Shown piece after piece: positions 49,686 to 58,899 of a stretch of 64,000 bases of DNA. Below the pieces are notes generated by a model that made no database searches, was not told the origin of the DNA, and worked only from the letters and a program-made list of their open reading frames with translations. Position 1 is the first letter of the stretch. Every line of letters starts with the position of its first letter. Both the position numbers and the translations under genes were made by a program. Location of the stretch: NCBI GenBank assembly GCA_002320035.1, contig DCJL01000017.1, positions 45,120 to 109,119 on the forward strand, in the 5' to 3' direction. Source of the stretch: Clostridiales bacterium UBA1701 (lineage in GTDB: Bacteria; Bacillota; Clostridia; Oscillospirales; Oscillospiraceae).

Positions 49686-49964
49686 TTACTGCTGAAGGAG
49701 CTTCTTCAGCTCTCTCGTTTCGGACTCTACGTCCATTTTCATTTGCCGCATGGTCGCCTGATGCTCTGCTTCGGCATGGAGCCGATCCTTGCGGATTTCC
49801 TTTTCCACATCCAGGATCTGAGCCTTTTCTTTGGAAACATTCTTGATTTCCCTGGCCTCGGCCTTTGCCTGCTTTTTCAGCTCATGCATGTTCTGTTGAA
49901 CTTTCTTTTCTTCTTCCTTGAGATCCGCCTTGATGGCGCGTGCGGCTTTTTTGTTGTCTTTCAT
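49686..49964 (-). CDS. 92-aa highly charged coiled-coil protein, hypothetical
   Basis: K/E-rich heptad-like sequence. GGAGG RBS; lies 21 nt upstream of the radical SAM gene. Confidence 0.5.
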   Translation of the reverse strand: MKDNKKAARAIKADLKEEEKKVQQNMHELKKQAKAEAREIKNVSKEKAQILDVEKEIRKDRLHAEAEHQATMRQMKMDVESETRELKKLLQQ

Positions 49965-50111
49965 GGATTTGCCTCCTCTTCGTGTGTGCCTCTATTATAG
50001 TTTTGAGAATCTTTTATCTCCATGTACACAAGGGCCTATTCTCTCAAATCTTGAGAAAACAGGCCCTTTTATGTATTTTTTTAGCAAATGCGAGTTTTTA
50101 TCTGATTTTCT

Positions 50112-50861
50112 CTACGCTGCCGGTTTATCCCGATGGTGACGGATTTTCTCGATTGCCTCATGCGCTTCCTTCAAATGCTCGGTAATAGCCCGATCCGAGC
50201 GGATGGCGAAAAGAAAATGCACCTTTTGGGATGCGCGTTCCTGCGCATGGCGGATGTGCGCTTTCAGATTTTCGTACTTGACGATGACACCGTTTTCATC
50301 GGCAAATTTTTTCAGACGTGACACCCAATGAGCACAGGTAGCCATATCTACAATAAAGACCCCGAAGAAAAAGCCGATAAAGAAAGAAAATGCCAGATTG
50401 TTTGCCAGCCACGACAGAGCGCCAAGAATATGTGGATGCAGCACAAAATAATACACGCCCCCGAGCACAGCCCAAAAGAAAGAAAACAGCGGACAAATGA
50501 GGCCGTCAATGTTACCCCACAGCTTGCTATAATCCCAAAGGCGCAACTTTGCGCCCTTCAGGAGCATGATTCCGGCAATGTACTCAATGAGTGTCATACT
50601 GACGGCCATTCCCAAAAAGAGCAAGGCCTTTCCCCATATGCTGTCTGCAATCCCGGACAAATCGCCAATGGATGCGAGAAGATATAAAATGCAGAGGCCA
50701 AACCCATACAGGGGAACATAGGGACCGATGCAGAACCCGGGGTTGATCCATTTGTGTTCCGGGTTCGCGCTTGAGAAAAACTTTCGGAAAACAAGCTCCA
50801 GGCACCACCCGGATACGGAGCCTATAAAGAACAGATCTGCCAAGGTCAACAATATGCTCAT
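50112..50861 (-). CDS. Integral membrane protein ('putative ABC-transporter type IV'/CmpB-like family)
   Basis: 249 aa, multi-TM. The N-terminus FFIGSVSGWCLELVFRKF is typical of that family. Confidence 0.55.
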   Translation of the reverse strand: MSILLTLADLFFIGSVSGWCLELVFRKFFSSANPEHKWINPGFCIGPYVPLYGFGLCILYLLASIGDLSGIADSIWGKALLFLGMAVSMTLIEYIAGIMLLKGAKLRLWDYSKLWGNIDGLICPLFSFFWAVLGGVYYFVLHPHILGALSWLANNLAFSFFIGFFFGVFIVDMATCAHWVSRLKKFADENGVIVKYENLKAHIRHAQERASQKVHFLFAIRSDRAITEHLKEAHEAIEKIRHHRDKPAA

Positions 50862-51541
50862 TTTTTCACATCCTCTGAATGATTTCTCTTCTTTCGGAAA
50901 GCAACTGCGGTTCCGATCGAGGTTAAAATACAGATGAAAACATTAATGCCCAGGGCATACCAAAAAACCGGCGAGGAAACATCTCCCGCGCTTGTCCCTA
51001 TTATGGTATACGTCAACAAGAGAGGAAAAAGGCCTATGAGCGATCCAAAGAGATAGTTTGTAAAACGGCACTTGACCGCACCCAAATACAGTCCAACCGG
51101 CAGGAGCGGCAGCCCGATCATACGCATCACGATGCTTAAGGCAAATTCTCCTTTTTCAGATATCTTTGCGATCATCTGGATCTTCGGATGCCTGTCCACG
51201 ATCCAGGCTAAGACAGGCTCTCCCAGCGTGCGTCCGATGAAATAGGTCGGCGTTATCATAATAGCCACTCCGATGAGGTTAATCATGACAGCAGCCGGGA
51301 GCGGGAACATGATTCCGTCTGCAGCATACAGGACGCCTGAATGCATCAGGAAGTCTACACTCTTTAGCAGAAACAATCCGAGCATAGACAAAATGGCGAG
51401 TCCGGTGTTCTCCGGCTTATAATTCAGAATGCTATTTACGCTAAGGTTACCATTGCTTTTCAGGAAAACCAGAAGAACAGTTGACCAGGCAAACAGCAGG
51501 ATCACGCCCCAGAGCCATTTCCATTTTGTTTTGATCTTCAT
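50858..51541 (-). CDS. TVP38/TMEM64 (DedA/VTT-domain) family membrane protein
   Basis: 227 aa, multi-TM. Start and stop overlap the neighbouring genes. Confidence 0.5.
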   Translation of the reverse strand: MKIKTKWKWLWGVILLFAWSTVLLVFLKSNGNLSVNSILNYKPENTGLAILSMLGLFLLKSVDFLMHSGVLYAADGIMFPLPAAVMINLIGVAIMITPTYFIGRTLGEPVLAWIVDRHPKIQMIAKISEKGEFALSIVMRMIGLPLLPVGLYLGAVKCRFTNYLFGSLIGLFPLLLTYTIIGTSAGDVSSPVFWYALGINVFICILTSIGTAVAFRKKRNHSEDVKK

Positions 51542-53337
51542 TACGATTCCCGATACTTACTCATCGTTACGCGGAACAGATCCTTGGTGCTGGGCGGCGT
51601 ATATGTGATGGCATTGGCACCTGCAAGAATGGTTTCTCGAATGCTCGCGTCATCCTTTCCTCCAGAAGCAATGATCGGAATGTCGGGATACTGGGTGCGG
51701 ATCTTACGAACGATTTCCGGCGTATCTGCAGCGCCTGCCACATTGATGATGGATGCGCCGGCGTCCAGCCTGCGTGCAATATTGGTGTCCTCGCTGACTA
51801 CCGTAATGACAACAGGAATATCCACCGCTGCCGCCACCGCGCGGAGATTGGGATTTGAGATCGGCGCATTCAGAACGACTCCCATTGCCCCCTGCCCCTC
51901 AGCATCTTTTTCAAGACCAACTGTGCGAACGCCTTTTGTTGTGCCTCCGCCCACGCCGCAGAATACCGGGATATACGAGGCCTTGACGATTGCATCGCTG
52001 ATGGCCTGTTGAGGCGTAAACGGGTATACGGCAAAAACAGCATCGGCATCACAGTTTCGAATAATGGCAAGGTCAGTCGTGAAGAGAAAAGATTTCAGCC
52101 TCCGTCCGTTTACGATGATCCCGCTCGCCTCATAGACTGCTTCAGGCATTTTTAAGATACCATGACGGAGGCTGCTTTGAACAACCGGCGCAGCATTTCT
52201 GACGGGGATGTTCGTCGGTCGGGGCTGCGATGTGTCTTTCATTTGTGTATAGATGACCTCCCTGTCATTTTCCGCCGCGATAGAGTCCAGTGCGTTGCGG
52301 AGTTTATGGCGCATAGGCTCGTCCGAAAGGAGTCTGAGACAGGCCGCCGCCAATTCTTCCGGTGTCCCGCCCGAAAGGGCCGCGCCGGAATGCAGGAACA
52401 ACTTGAGATTGTATTCTTCACAACCGGAAACGGTGTTCATAAGAACCATCGGCAGGCGCTTAACAGCCGCTTCAGTAATGCTGATTCCGCCGGGCTTGGT
52501 GAGAAGCACATCTGCGCTGTCCATCAACAACGGGATATTGTCTGTATAACCGAGCAAATGAATATGCGGATGATTGGCATACTTTCCCTGAAGGTGCCGA
52601 TACAAGAGACGGTTGCTGCCGCATACAACGGTGATTTCTGTTTTCGTGTCAATTTGGGCCTGAAGCGTCTCCATGATTTGTGGAATCGGGCCGCTTCCCA
52701 TGCTCCCGCACATCAGCAAAAGATGCTTATGCGTTGGAGAAAGGGCAAGCATCTCTTTCGCTTCGCCTTTTTCAAGCACATGATAAAACGCATCGCAGAC
52801 CGGAATCCCGGAGACAAAAACCTTCTCCGCACTGACTCCGCGCGCGATCCGTTCCTCCCGTATTTCGGCTGACGGCACAAAGTGACAGTCCATCCGATTG
52901 GCGTTGAAACCGGGCGTGTTTGTATAATCGGTCTCAACGATGGCGGTGCGAACACGCAGCCTGTATTTTTTCATCGTATCCGTGAGCATAATGGCAGCAA
53001 AGACATGCGTGCACAAAATGGCGTCGTAGCCGCCGTCAAGAATAAACTTTCCGAGGTCATCCACGCCGAGGGAAAGCAGCTTTCTTACTTTCCCGTTTTC
53101 TTGAAAAAGGGCTTCAGCCTTTTCTGCTCGTTCATAGCCGGCACCGAAAAGCTCCGGAATACGGCGGTAAACAAAATCGTGAGAATGAGATACGGCCTGC
53201 GAAATGGTATCGGAGATGAAGGACAGGCAATCCATAATCTCGCAGAAATCCCCATGGTGCTCAAAGCATTCGCACAGAGCGCGGGCCACTGAATTATGCC
53301 CCCCGCCGTTGTTGCTGCTGAGAATTAATACTCGCAT
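51541..53337 (-). CDS. Diacylglycerol glycosyltransferase (MGDG-synthase/UgtP-like, GT28) fused to a roughly 215-aa C-terminal alpha/beta-barrel-like domain
   Basis: MRVLILSSNNGGGHNS N-terminus and GT-B C-lobe (LTKPGGISITEA). An extra domain follows (IPVFCGVGGGTTKG...IIASGGKDD). AAGGAG RBS before the ATG at 53337. Confidence 0.7.
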   Translation of the reverse strand: MRVLILSSNNGGGHNSVARALCECFEHHGDFCEIMDCLSFISDTISQAVSHSHDFVYRRIPELFGAGYERAEKAEALFQENGKVRKLLSLGVDDLGKFILDGGYDAILCTHVFAAIMLTDTMKKYRLRVRTAIVETDYTNTPGFNANRMDCHFVPSAEIREERIARGVSAEKVFVSGIPVCDAFYHVLEKGEAKEMLALSPTHKHLLLMCGSMGSGPIPQIMETLQAQIDTKTEITVVCGSNRLLYRHLQGKYANHPHIHLLGYTDNIPLLMDSADVLLTKPGGISITEAAVKRLPMVLMNTVSGCEEYNLKLFLHSGAALSGGTPEELAAACLRLLSDEPMRHKLRNALDSIAAENDREVIYTQMKDTSQPRPTNIPVRNAAPVVQSSLRHGILKMPEAVYEASGIIVNGRRLKSFLFTTDLAIIRNCDADAVFAVYPFTPQQAISDAIVKASYIPVFCGVGGGTTKGVRTVGLEKDAEGQGAMGVVLNAPISNPNLRAVAAAVDIPVVITVVSEDTNIARRLDAGASIINVAGAADTPEIVRKIRTQYPDIPIIASGGKDDASIRETILAGANAITYTPPSTKDLFRVTMSKYRES

Positions 53338-53821
53338 TTTGATTTCTCCTTTCTCTGGCTTCTGTAAGACGCATATAGCGCAATAATCTAGGCCTGTTAT
53401 AGCGTTGAATGAGAATAAAAGGAAGATTTCCAAACACAATATCGAGCGCAAACATGATACAGCCCCCGGCACCTGGCCATATCCAGAACAGCGGGATCCC
53501 TGCTGCGCACAGCAACAGGTGTGTCAGCTCCGCTACGCAGGTCTCTTGGATCATATCTTCAATCTCTGCTGTGCTCATACGCGCGTCTATTGCTTTTCTG
53601 GGAACGACCGACGGGAACATCCGGCTGACGTTGGGAACTGCTTTTTGCCATTTCCTGATGCCGATCTGTTCATATACCTTTCCATACCGTTCGCAAGGGA
53701 GGCTTGTAAATGGGAAGCTCGTATAGATAAAATCGTGCTTTTTCAGCAGTCTCCCGAATGGAAAGCACAGCAGCCCGAGGGTCAGCAAATAGTTGGAGCA
53801 GGAAAGAAAACCTGTTTTCAA
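53294..53821 (-). CDS. Membrane acyltransferase-like protein (glycosyl-4,4'-diaponeurosporenoate acyltransferase-like family)
   Basis: TTG start after AAGGAG. IRKWQKAVPN...ETCVAELTHLLL...FILIQRYNRPRLLR. The 3' end overlaps the next gene by 44 nt. Confidence 0.5.
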   Translation of the reverse strand: MKTGFLSCSNYLLTLGLLCFPFGRLLKKHDFIYTSFPFTSLPCERYGKVYEQIGIRKWQKAVPNVSRMFPSVVPRKAIDARMSTAEIEDMIQETCVAELTHLLLCAAGIPLFWIWPGAGGCIMFALDIVFGNLPFILIQRYNRPRLLRYMRLTEARERRNQNASINSQQQQRRGA

Positions 53822-53930
53822 GCGGGATCGCTCCTTTTCAAGCAAAGTTATGCATTCGGCGGGAATTGCCCGTTCTGTTAATCTGCCGGATCTGTTACAA
53901 TATGTACAATATCTGGGGAGGGAAGTTTCA

Positions 53931-54641
53931 ATGGCGTTGAAAGATTTCGGTGAGAACAGACAATTAGAGCAATTTCTGCTGTCCCGGCTTGCCAAACGGG
54001 AAGTTACAGACCTCGTACACAAATATACAAAGCCTTATAAAGAACTCATGGCCTATTATCGCTGCGCGATGATGGAGGTGTCTGCCAAGTTCAATGTTCT
54101 GAACGAAGAGCTTTCCCTGCAATATGACCGCAATCCTATTGAAACGATAAAAACCCGCCTCAAATCACCGGAGAGCATCGTGGAGAAGCTTCAACGGCGC
54201 GGCTATCCGCTGACTGTGGAAAGCATTGAGAGAAACCTGAACGATGTAGCAGGAGTCCGCGTGATCTGTTCCTACACATCTGATATCTATATGCTGGCCG
54301 AGGCCTTTGTCCGTCAGGATGACATCACCCTGTTGGCCCGAAAAGACTATATCGAAGATCCCAAGCCCAACGGTTACCGTAGCCTGCATCTGATCGTCGC
54401 AATCCCCATATTCCTTCACGATGAAAAGCGCATGATGAAAGTGGAGGTGCAGTTCCGCACCATTTCCATGGACTTTTGGGCTAGCCTGGAGCACAAGATC
54501 CGATATAAAAAGGGCTTACCTGTCGTGGAAGAAGTGGAAAAGGAGCTTTACGAGTGCGCGATTATGAGCGCAGAATTGGAAAATCGCATGGAGAGGATTC
54601 AAAAGCTGGCAGATCAATACCGAAATACAGAAAAAGAATAG
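53931..54641 (+). CDS. Small alarmone synthetase (RelQ/YwaC-like GTP pyrophosphokinase)
   Basis: DVAGVRVICSYTSDIY, PKPNGYRSLHLIV and VEVQFRTISMDFWASLEHK. Confidence 0.9.
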   Translation: MALKDFGENRQLEQFLLSRLAKREVTDLVHKYTKPYKELMAYYRCAMMEVSAKFNVLNEELSLQYDRNPIETIKTRLKSPESIVEKLQRRGYPLTVESIERNLNDVAGVRVICSYTSDIYMLAEAFVRQDDITLLARKDYIEDPKPNGYRSLHLIVAIPIFLHDEKRMMKVEVQFRTISMDFWASLEHKIRYKKGLPVVEEVEKELYECAIMSAELENRMERIQKLADQYRNTEKE

Positions 54642-54826
54642 CGCCATAGACTCATTTTTATCTCATCCTCTCTTGGACTGCACTCATTATGCCGTATGAT
54701 AAATGTGCAAATAAATGGATAGTGGGAACCTTATGGAGAAAAGTCGAACAAAAGCCCCGGAATAACTAAAAAGCACAGTCCGGGCTTCATTACCCCGAAC
54801 TGTGCTTTTCGGCTTGGCTTCACTTT

Positions 54827-55129
54827 CTAATCTGGTATAGCTGCAAGATTCTTTTCTCTCAAATGCTGCGCTAATGCCTGCAGGATGACAATGTCGTTTT
54901 CGGACAAGCCGGCTGTATCGATCGTCTCTCTTCGATCGATCCCCAACAAATAGTCCGTCGTTACATGAAAAACGCTCGAAAGCCGTACTAATACAAGCGG
55001 CGAAGGTGAACGGTCCTGCAGTTCATAGAAGCTGATGACGGATTTGGTAACGCCGACCATTTCCCCCAATTGTTTTTGAGAGAGTCCCGCATTTTTTCGC
55101 AGCGCCTTGAGGCGGTGGCCAAATTCCAC
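54827..55129 (-). CDS. XRE-family HTH transcriptional regulator (start uncertain)
   Basis: FGHRLKALRKNAGLSQKQLGEMVGVTKSVISFYELQDRSPS. A GTG at 55129 follows a GGAG. Confidence 0.7.
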   Translation of the reverse strand: MEFGHRLKALRKNAGLSQKQLGEMVGVTKSVISFYELQDRSPSPLVLVRLSSVFHVTTDYLLGIDRRETIDTAGLSENDIVILQALAQHLREKNLAAIPD

Positions 55130-55264
55130 TGATATCACACTCCGTTCCACATATATTATGCATGATTGGAGTGTGAAATAGGTGGACTGCATGACTAAAA
55201 TTGTTGACTTCAATGTGCCGAATCTGCTATATTATAATAATAGAACAGATAGGAGGGATCGATC

Positions 55265-55834
55265 ATGGCGAATATGAATATTACCAAGCGAGTAATTCGG
55301 GAAGCGTTCCTCCAACTTCTGAATGAAAAGACCCTCAGTAAAATCACCGTCAAAGATATTACAGATCGCTGCGGGATCAATCGCAATACCTTTTATTATC
55401 ATTACCAGGATATTCCGGAATTGGTGGAAGAAATCTGCGCTTTGCAGGTAGACAGGATCGTTCAGGATTATCCCACGCTGAACTCTCTTGAGGATTGTCT
55501 TGACGCTGCGATGAAATTTGTCCTTGAAAACAAGCGCGCCGTCATGCACATCTATAACTCTGATAATCGCAATGTCTACGTCAACTCTTTATGGCGGGTG
55601 TGTGAGTACGCGATCTCGACCTATGTCAATACCGTTTTTTCAGCTTCGCAGATTTCTCAATCAGATCGTGCACTGATCATCCGATACCACAAATGCGAGT
55701 GCTTGGGGCTCCTTCTCGACTGGATCAGTACAGGAATAAAGGAAGAATACCTGGAGGGGATTCACAGGATTTATCAATTGAAGAAGGGATCCACGGAAGA
55801 ATTGATCTGCAGAAGCCAGGAAAGTAGGTCTTGA
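55265..55834 (+). CDS. TetR/AcrR-family regulator (DhaS-like subgroup)
   Basis: ITVKDITDRCGINRNTFYYHYQDIPELV. Confidence 0.85.
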   Translation: MANMNITKRVIREAFLQLLNEKTLSKITVKDITDRCGINRNTFYYHYQDIPELVEEICALQVDRIVQDYPTLNSLEDCLDAAMKFVLENKRAVMHIYNSDNRNVYVNSLWRVCEYAISTYVNTVFSASQISQSDRALIIRYHKCECLGLLLDWISTGIKEEYLEGIHRIYQLKKGSTEELICRSQESRS

Positions 55835-55852
55835 AGTATATATGTCCAGTTG

Positions 55853-55882
55853 AACAGGCCGGCTCAAAAGAGCCGGCCTGTT
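55853..55882. terminator. Bidirectional terminator between the convergent TetR and oleate hydratase genes
   Basis: A perfect 13-bp stem AACAGGCCGGCTC/GAGCCGGCCTGTT with an AAAA loop. Confidence 0.7.
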
Positions 55883-55886
55883 GCGC

Positions 55887-57662
55887 TTAAATCACATGGT
55901 ATTCCTTCAGCAGTTTTTCCACATCGGTTCCTTTGATAAAGTCAAGTGCCTTTGAAACGGCAATCTTCTCCTTGAAGCCCAGCTTCATCTCCGTAAGCGG
56001 CTTGCCGTCCCGCATGCTGATCGTCGCCTTCAGCAGATCGCGCACATCGTAGATGCTGCCCCAGACCTCCGGAACACCGCGATCCACATTCATGAGGGTA
56101 TAGACCGCGACCATGGCGGTACGCATGGAATACTCCGTTGTGAACACAGTGTCTCGCGGAACCTCCGCAAAGTTGCCGAGGAAAGCGAAGTTCACAGCAC
56201 CCTCCGGCACAACCTCCGGCCTGTCGCCCGCGGTACGAGGCATAAAATACGCGCTGGCAAAGGGCATCATGACCGGTATCGTTCTTGCGCTGTATTCCGC
56301 CAGTTCTCTGATCTGATCTTCAGGAACACCAAGATGATACAGCCACTCCATGCAGATCTCCTTGCCGGTGCAGTCACGCATTTTCTTCTTGATGAAATCG
56401 CCTGGGCGGTCTGTGAACAGCCCATAGAGCCATACAAGGCACTGATCCTTTGGCTGGGAATGGAACTGAGGCTGACGGTTGATCGTCCAGCTCAGGAGCC
56501 AGCCGGAGTCGCGGGCCGTAACAATGCCCCCGGTGACGACCTTGCCGGACAAGGGATCACGCTGACAGATATTCTTGATGTAGGGCAGAATCTTGTCGTC
56601 CAGCGTATTGACGGTAACGCCCATCCAGTTGCACTCTTCCGGATTGCCATAGAACTTCTCCGGGTGCCCGAAGGACGGATCCTGCGCGGCGATTTTGCGC
56701 CACAGGTCGAAAGACCCACCGGGCCGGATATCATTGATATACTCGCAGGTCTTGTCCTGCCCACCAATGGAGGAGTTCTCCACGTTGCTGCCGTTGGTAA
56801 TGAAGAGATAATCGTTCTCTGTCAGATCCAGGAACTCCTGGCGGCCATCCGCAAGAAGTTCCACACGCCTTGCGATCTTTTTCCCGCCGTGAATGTCAAA
56901 GCGCACATCCATGACCTGGGTGTTGAAATGGAAGTTTACGCCGTGGCTCTCCAGGTACTTGACCATGGGGAGGATCATGGACTCATACTGGTTATACTTT
57001 GTGAAGCGCAGGGCCCGCAGGTCGGGCAGGCCGTCGATATGGTGGATAAAGCGCTGCATGTAGCGTTTCATCTCCAGCGCGCTGTTGCAGTCGTAGAAGG
57101 CAAACATTGTCCGCCAGTATGTCCAGAAGTTGCTGTTAAGCACTTCTGCATCCAGCACATCCGTGATGCGTTTTTCCTCCAGCTCTTCATCCGGCGTGAA
57201 GATCAGGCGTGTCAACTGCATGGCAGCCTTGTCGCTGAGGCAGAATTTTCCATCTGTGTGGGCGTTCTGCCCCTGCTTCTCCGTCACCCGGCAGAGGGAG
57301 TAGTTGGGGTCAGCCTTGTTCAGCCAGTAATACTCATCGAGAACACTGACACCCTCCGTCTCAATCGAGGGGATGGAGCGGAACAGATCCCACATGACCT
57401 CGAAATGGTTATCCATTTCGCGGCCGCCGCGCATGACATAGCCGATCTCCGGATAGTTCCATCCGTCGCATGCGCCGCCTGCAATCGGATCACGGTCGAA
57501 GAAGTGAATGTTTTTTCCGGGCATCTGTGCGTCGCGCACCAGGAAGCATCCGGCGGAAAGGGCGGCAAGACCCGTACCGACAAAGTAGGCAGATTTGTGT
57601 TCGATCCCTTCCGGCTTCAGGGGCCGGGCAAAGGCTTCATAATTTCCACTGGAATAGTACAT
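55887..57662 (-). CDS. ohyA: Oleate hydratase (MCRA family, FAD-dependent)
   Basis: MYYSSGNYEAFARPLKPEG..AYFVGTGLAALSAGCFLVRD (FAD fold). 591 aa from the ATG at 57662 with a GGAGG RBS. Confidence 0.9.
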   Translation of the reverse strand: MYYSSGNYEAFARPLKPEGIEHKSAYFVGTGLAALSAGCFLVRDAQMPGKNIHFFDRDPIAGGACDGWNYPEIGYVMRGGREMDNHFEVMWDLFRSIPSIETEGVSVLDEYYWLNKADPNYSLCRVTEKQGQNAHTDGKFCLSDKAAMQLTRLIFTPDEELEEKRITDVLDAEVLNSNFWTYWRTMFAFYDCNSALEMKRYMQRFIHHIDGLPDLRALRFTKYNQYESMILPMVKYLESHGVNFHFNTQVMDVRFDIHGGKKIARRVELLADGRQEFLDLTENDYLFITNGSNVENSSIGGQDKTCEYINDIRPGGSFDLWRKIAAQDPSFGHPEKFYGNPEECNWMGVTVNTLDDKILPYIKNICQRDPLSGKVVTGGIVTARDSGWLLSWTINRQPQFHSQPKDQCLVWLYGLFTDRPGDFIKKKMRDCTGKEICMEWLYHLGVPEDQIRELAEYSARTIPVMMPFASAYFMPRTAGDRPEVVPEGAVNFAFLGNFAEVPRDTVFTTEYSMRTAMVAVYTLMNVDRGVPEVWGSIYDVRDLLKATISMRDGKPLTEMKLGFKEKIAVSKALDFIKGTDVEKLLKEYHVI

Positions 57663-57783
57663 GAGATAACCTCCTTTTGATTTTGCGGTCTCATCATACG
57701 TCCAGAAATGCAATCTTTCCATAAGCAGGCTTTAATGTACGTTCAAGAATCCATCACCGCAGCAAACCTTGAGCAAGTTTCTA

Positions 57784-58365
57784 TCAAATTCCCATTTTTG
57801 ATGCAGATTTATCCTGGCGCTGCTTTTCCAACGCCCGTTTGACATCTCCGTCAATCAGGATGTTCAGCTGAGAGACGATTTCCTTCGGATCCTGCTTCAT
57901 GTCGTGCTGGATCCATTCCAGCATAAGACCCACAAATCCATATTTATAAAAGTCCGCTATAAACCTTTTGTCGTTTTTTCTAACATTCAACCCCTGCGAA
58001 CATTCTTCAACAACATCTATGAGAAGGTCGAAGACCACACGATAGAGGTACTGCTCGATTTGTTCACGGCTGACATAACGGTAGACATTCATAATGAAAG
58101 GTTTGTTCTCCTCCACCGCATAAAAGAGGTTTAGGAAACCCTGCTCCCACGTGTCATAGGTTTTGTTTCCTTCGATCGCCCTGCGGGCGTCTTCTTCGCA
58201 CGACCATTCGATCAGATCATAGATATCCTTAAAATGATAATAGAAGGTCATTCGGTTGATTCCGCAATCCTCAGCAATGTCCTGGATGGTAATTTTGTTT
58301 ACGGGTTTTTTCAGAAGCAGGTTTTTCAGAGATGCTTCCAAGGCGCGTTTTGTAATCTGTGACAT
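57784..58365 (-). CDS. TetR/AcrR-family regulator (paralogue of 55265-55834)
   Basis: ITIQDIAEDCGINRMTFYYHFKDIYDLI. Confidence 0.85.
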   Translation of the reverse strand: MSQITKRALEASLKNLLLKKPVNKITIQDIAEDCGINRMTFYYHFKDIYDLIEWSCEEDARRAIEGNKTYDTWEQGFLNLFYAVEENKPFIMNVYRYVSREQIEQYLYRVVFDLLIDVVEECSQGLNVRKNDKRFIADFYKYGFVGLMLEWIQHDMKQDPKEIVSQLNILIDGDVKRALEKQRQDKSASKMGI

Positions 58366-58401
58366 AAGGCACCTCCACTTTCGTAATAATGATTATCTGA
58401 T

Positions 58402-58663
58402 GGCGAAACGCCGTAAGGCGTTCCGCCGAGCAGCTTTGCTGCTCAGCGCAGCAGCACGGCTGCTGCGCTGGATATTTATTGTAATGAGCATCGCGCGAAT
58501 GATTTGAAGAATCATTCGCTGCCAAACTTGTCGTTTGGCAGCGAAATCAATCGAATCCTCGATTGATTTCGCCATGCGATGGCATTATAAGAAGCAGTTT
58601 GTGAAAAAGGCAGTCGCCGGAGATACGGCGGCTGCCTTCCCGCATTTTGGGAACGGAATGCGG
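58402..58663. repeat. Array of nine abutting, sequence-unrelated hairpins in a 534-bp divergent intergenic region
   Basis: Stems of 5-14 bp at 58402-27, 58428-44, 58445-69, 58495-519, 58520-40, 58541-72, 58571-83, 58607-38 and 58640-63. Confidence 0.6.
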
Positions 58664-58899
58664 TCAGCGTTTTTGGAGGGTCGCTGTGATAACATCGTAC
58701 AGGAAAAAGAGAGATGAGGGGAACAGGCAGCTTGCGATTTTCATCCTGTTTTTTTGCGTCAGCCTTTTTTGCTCAATTCTTCAACAAACCGCAGATTTTG
58801 TATGGTTTTCGCTCAGCCATTTCCTCCTGTCCATTCCGTTTTCTTTTACTATGCATTAGATTGAGATAACCAAACACATGCATAGGAGGAAAGATTGTT

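Noticed and set aside
50020-50085. A nested hairpin GGGCCT..TCTCAA-ATC-TTGAGA..AGGCCC followed by a T-run on the + strand.
   Set aside because: It would terminate + strand transcription, but no + strand gene ends here. On the - strand, where the genes are, it lacks a T-run. Its function is unclear and it is not reported as a feature.
48249-50111. A SAM (S-box) riboswitch upstream of metK.
   Set aside because: Only 45 nt precede metK. The 147-nt leader of the first gene in the string lacks the conserved S-box core as I recall it. This is not a formal covariance search.
56334-57680. A 448-aa + strand ORF inside the oleate hydratase gene, with similar cases at 48285-49067, 47466-48155 and 52162-52872.
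   Set aside because: They are antisense to genes with strong family signatures and have no RBS and no motifs.
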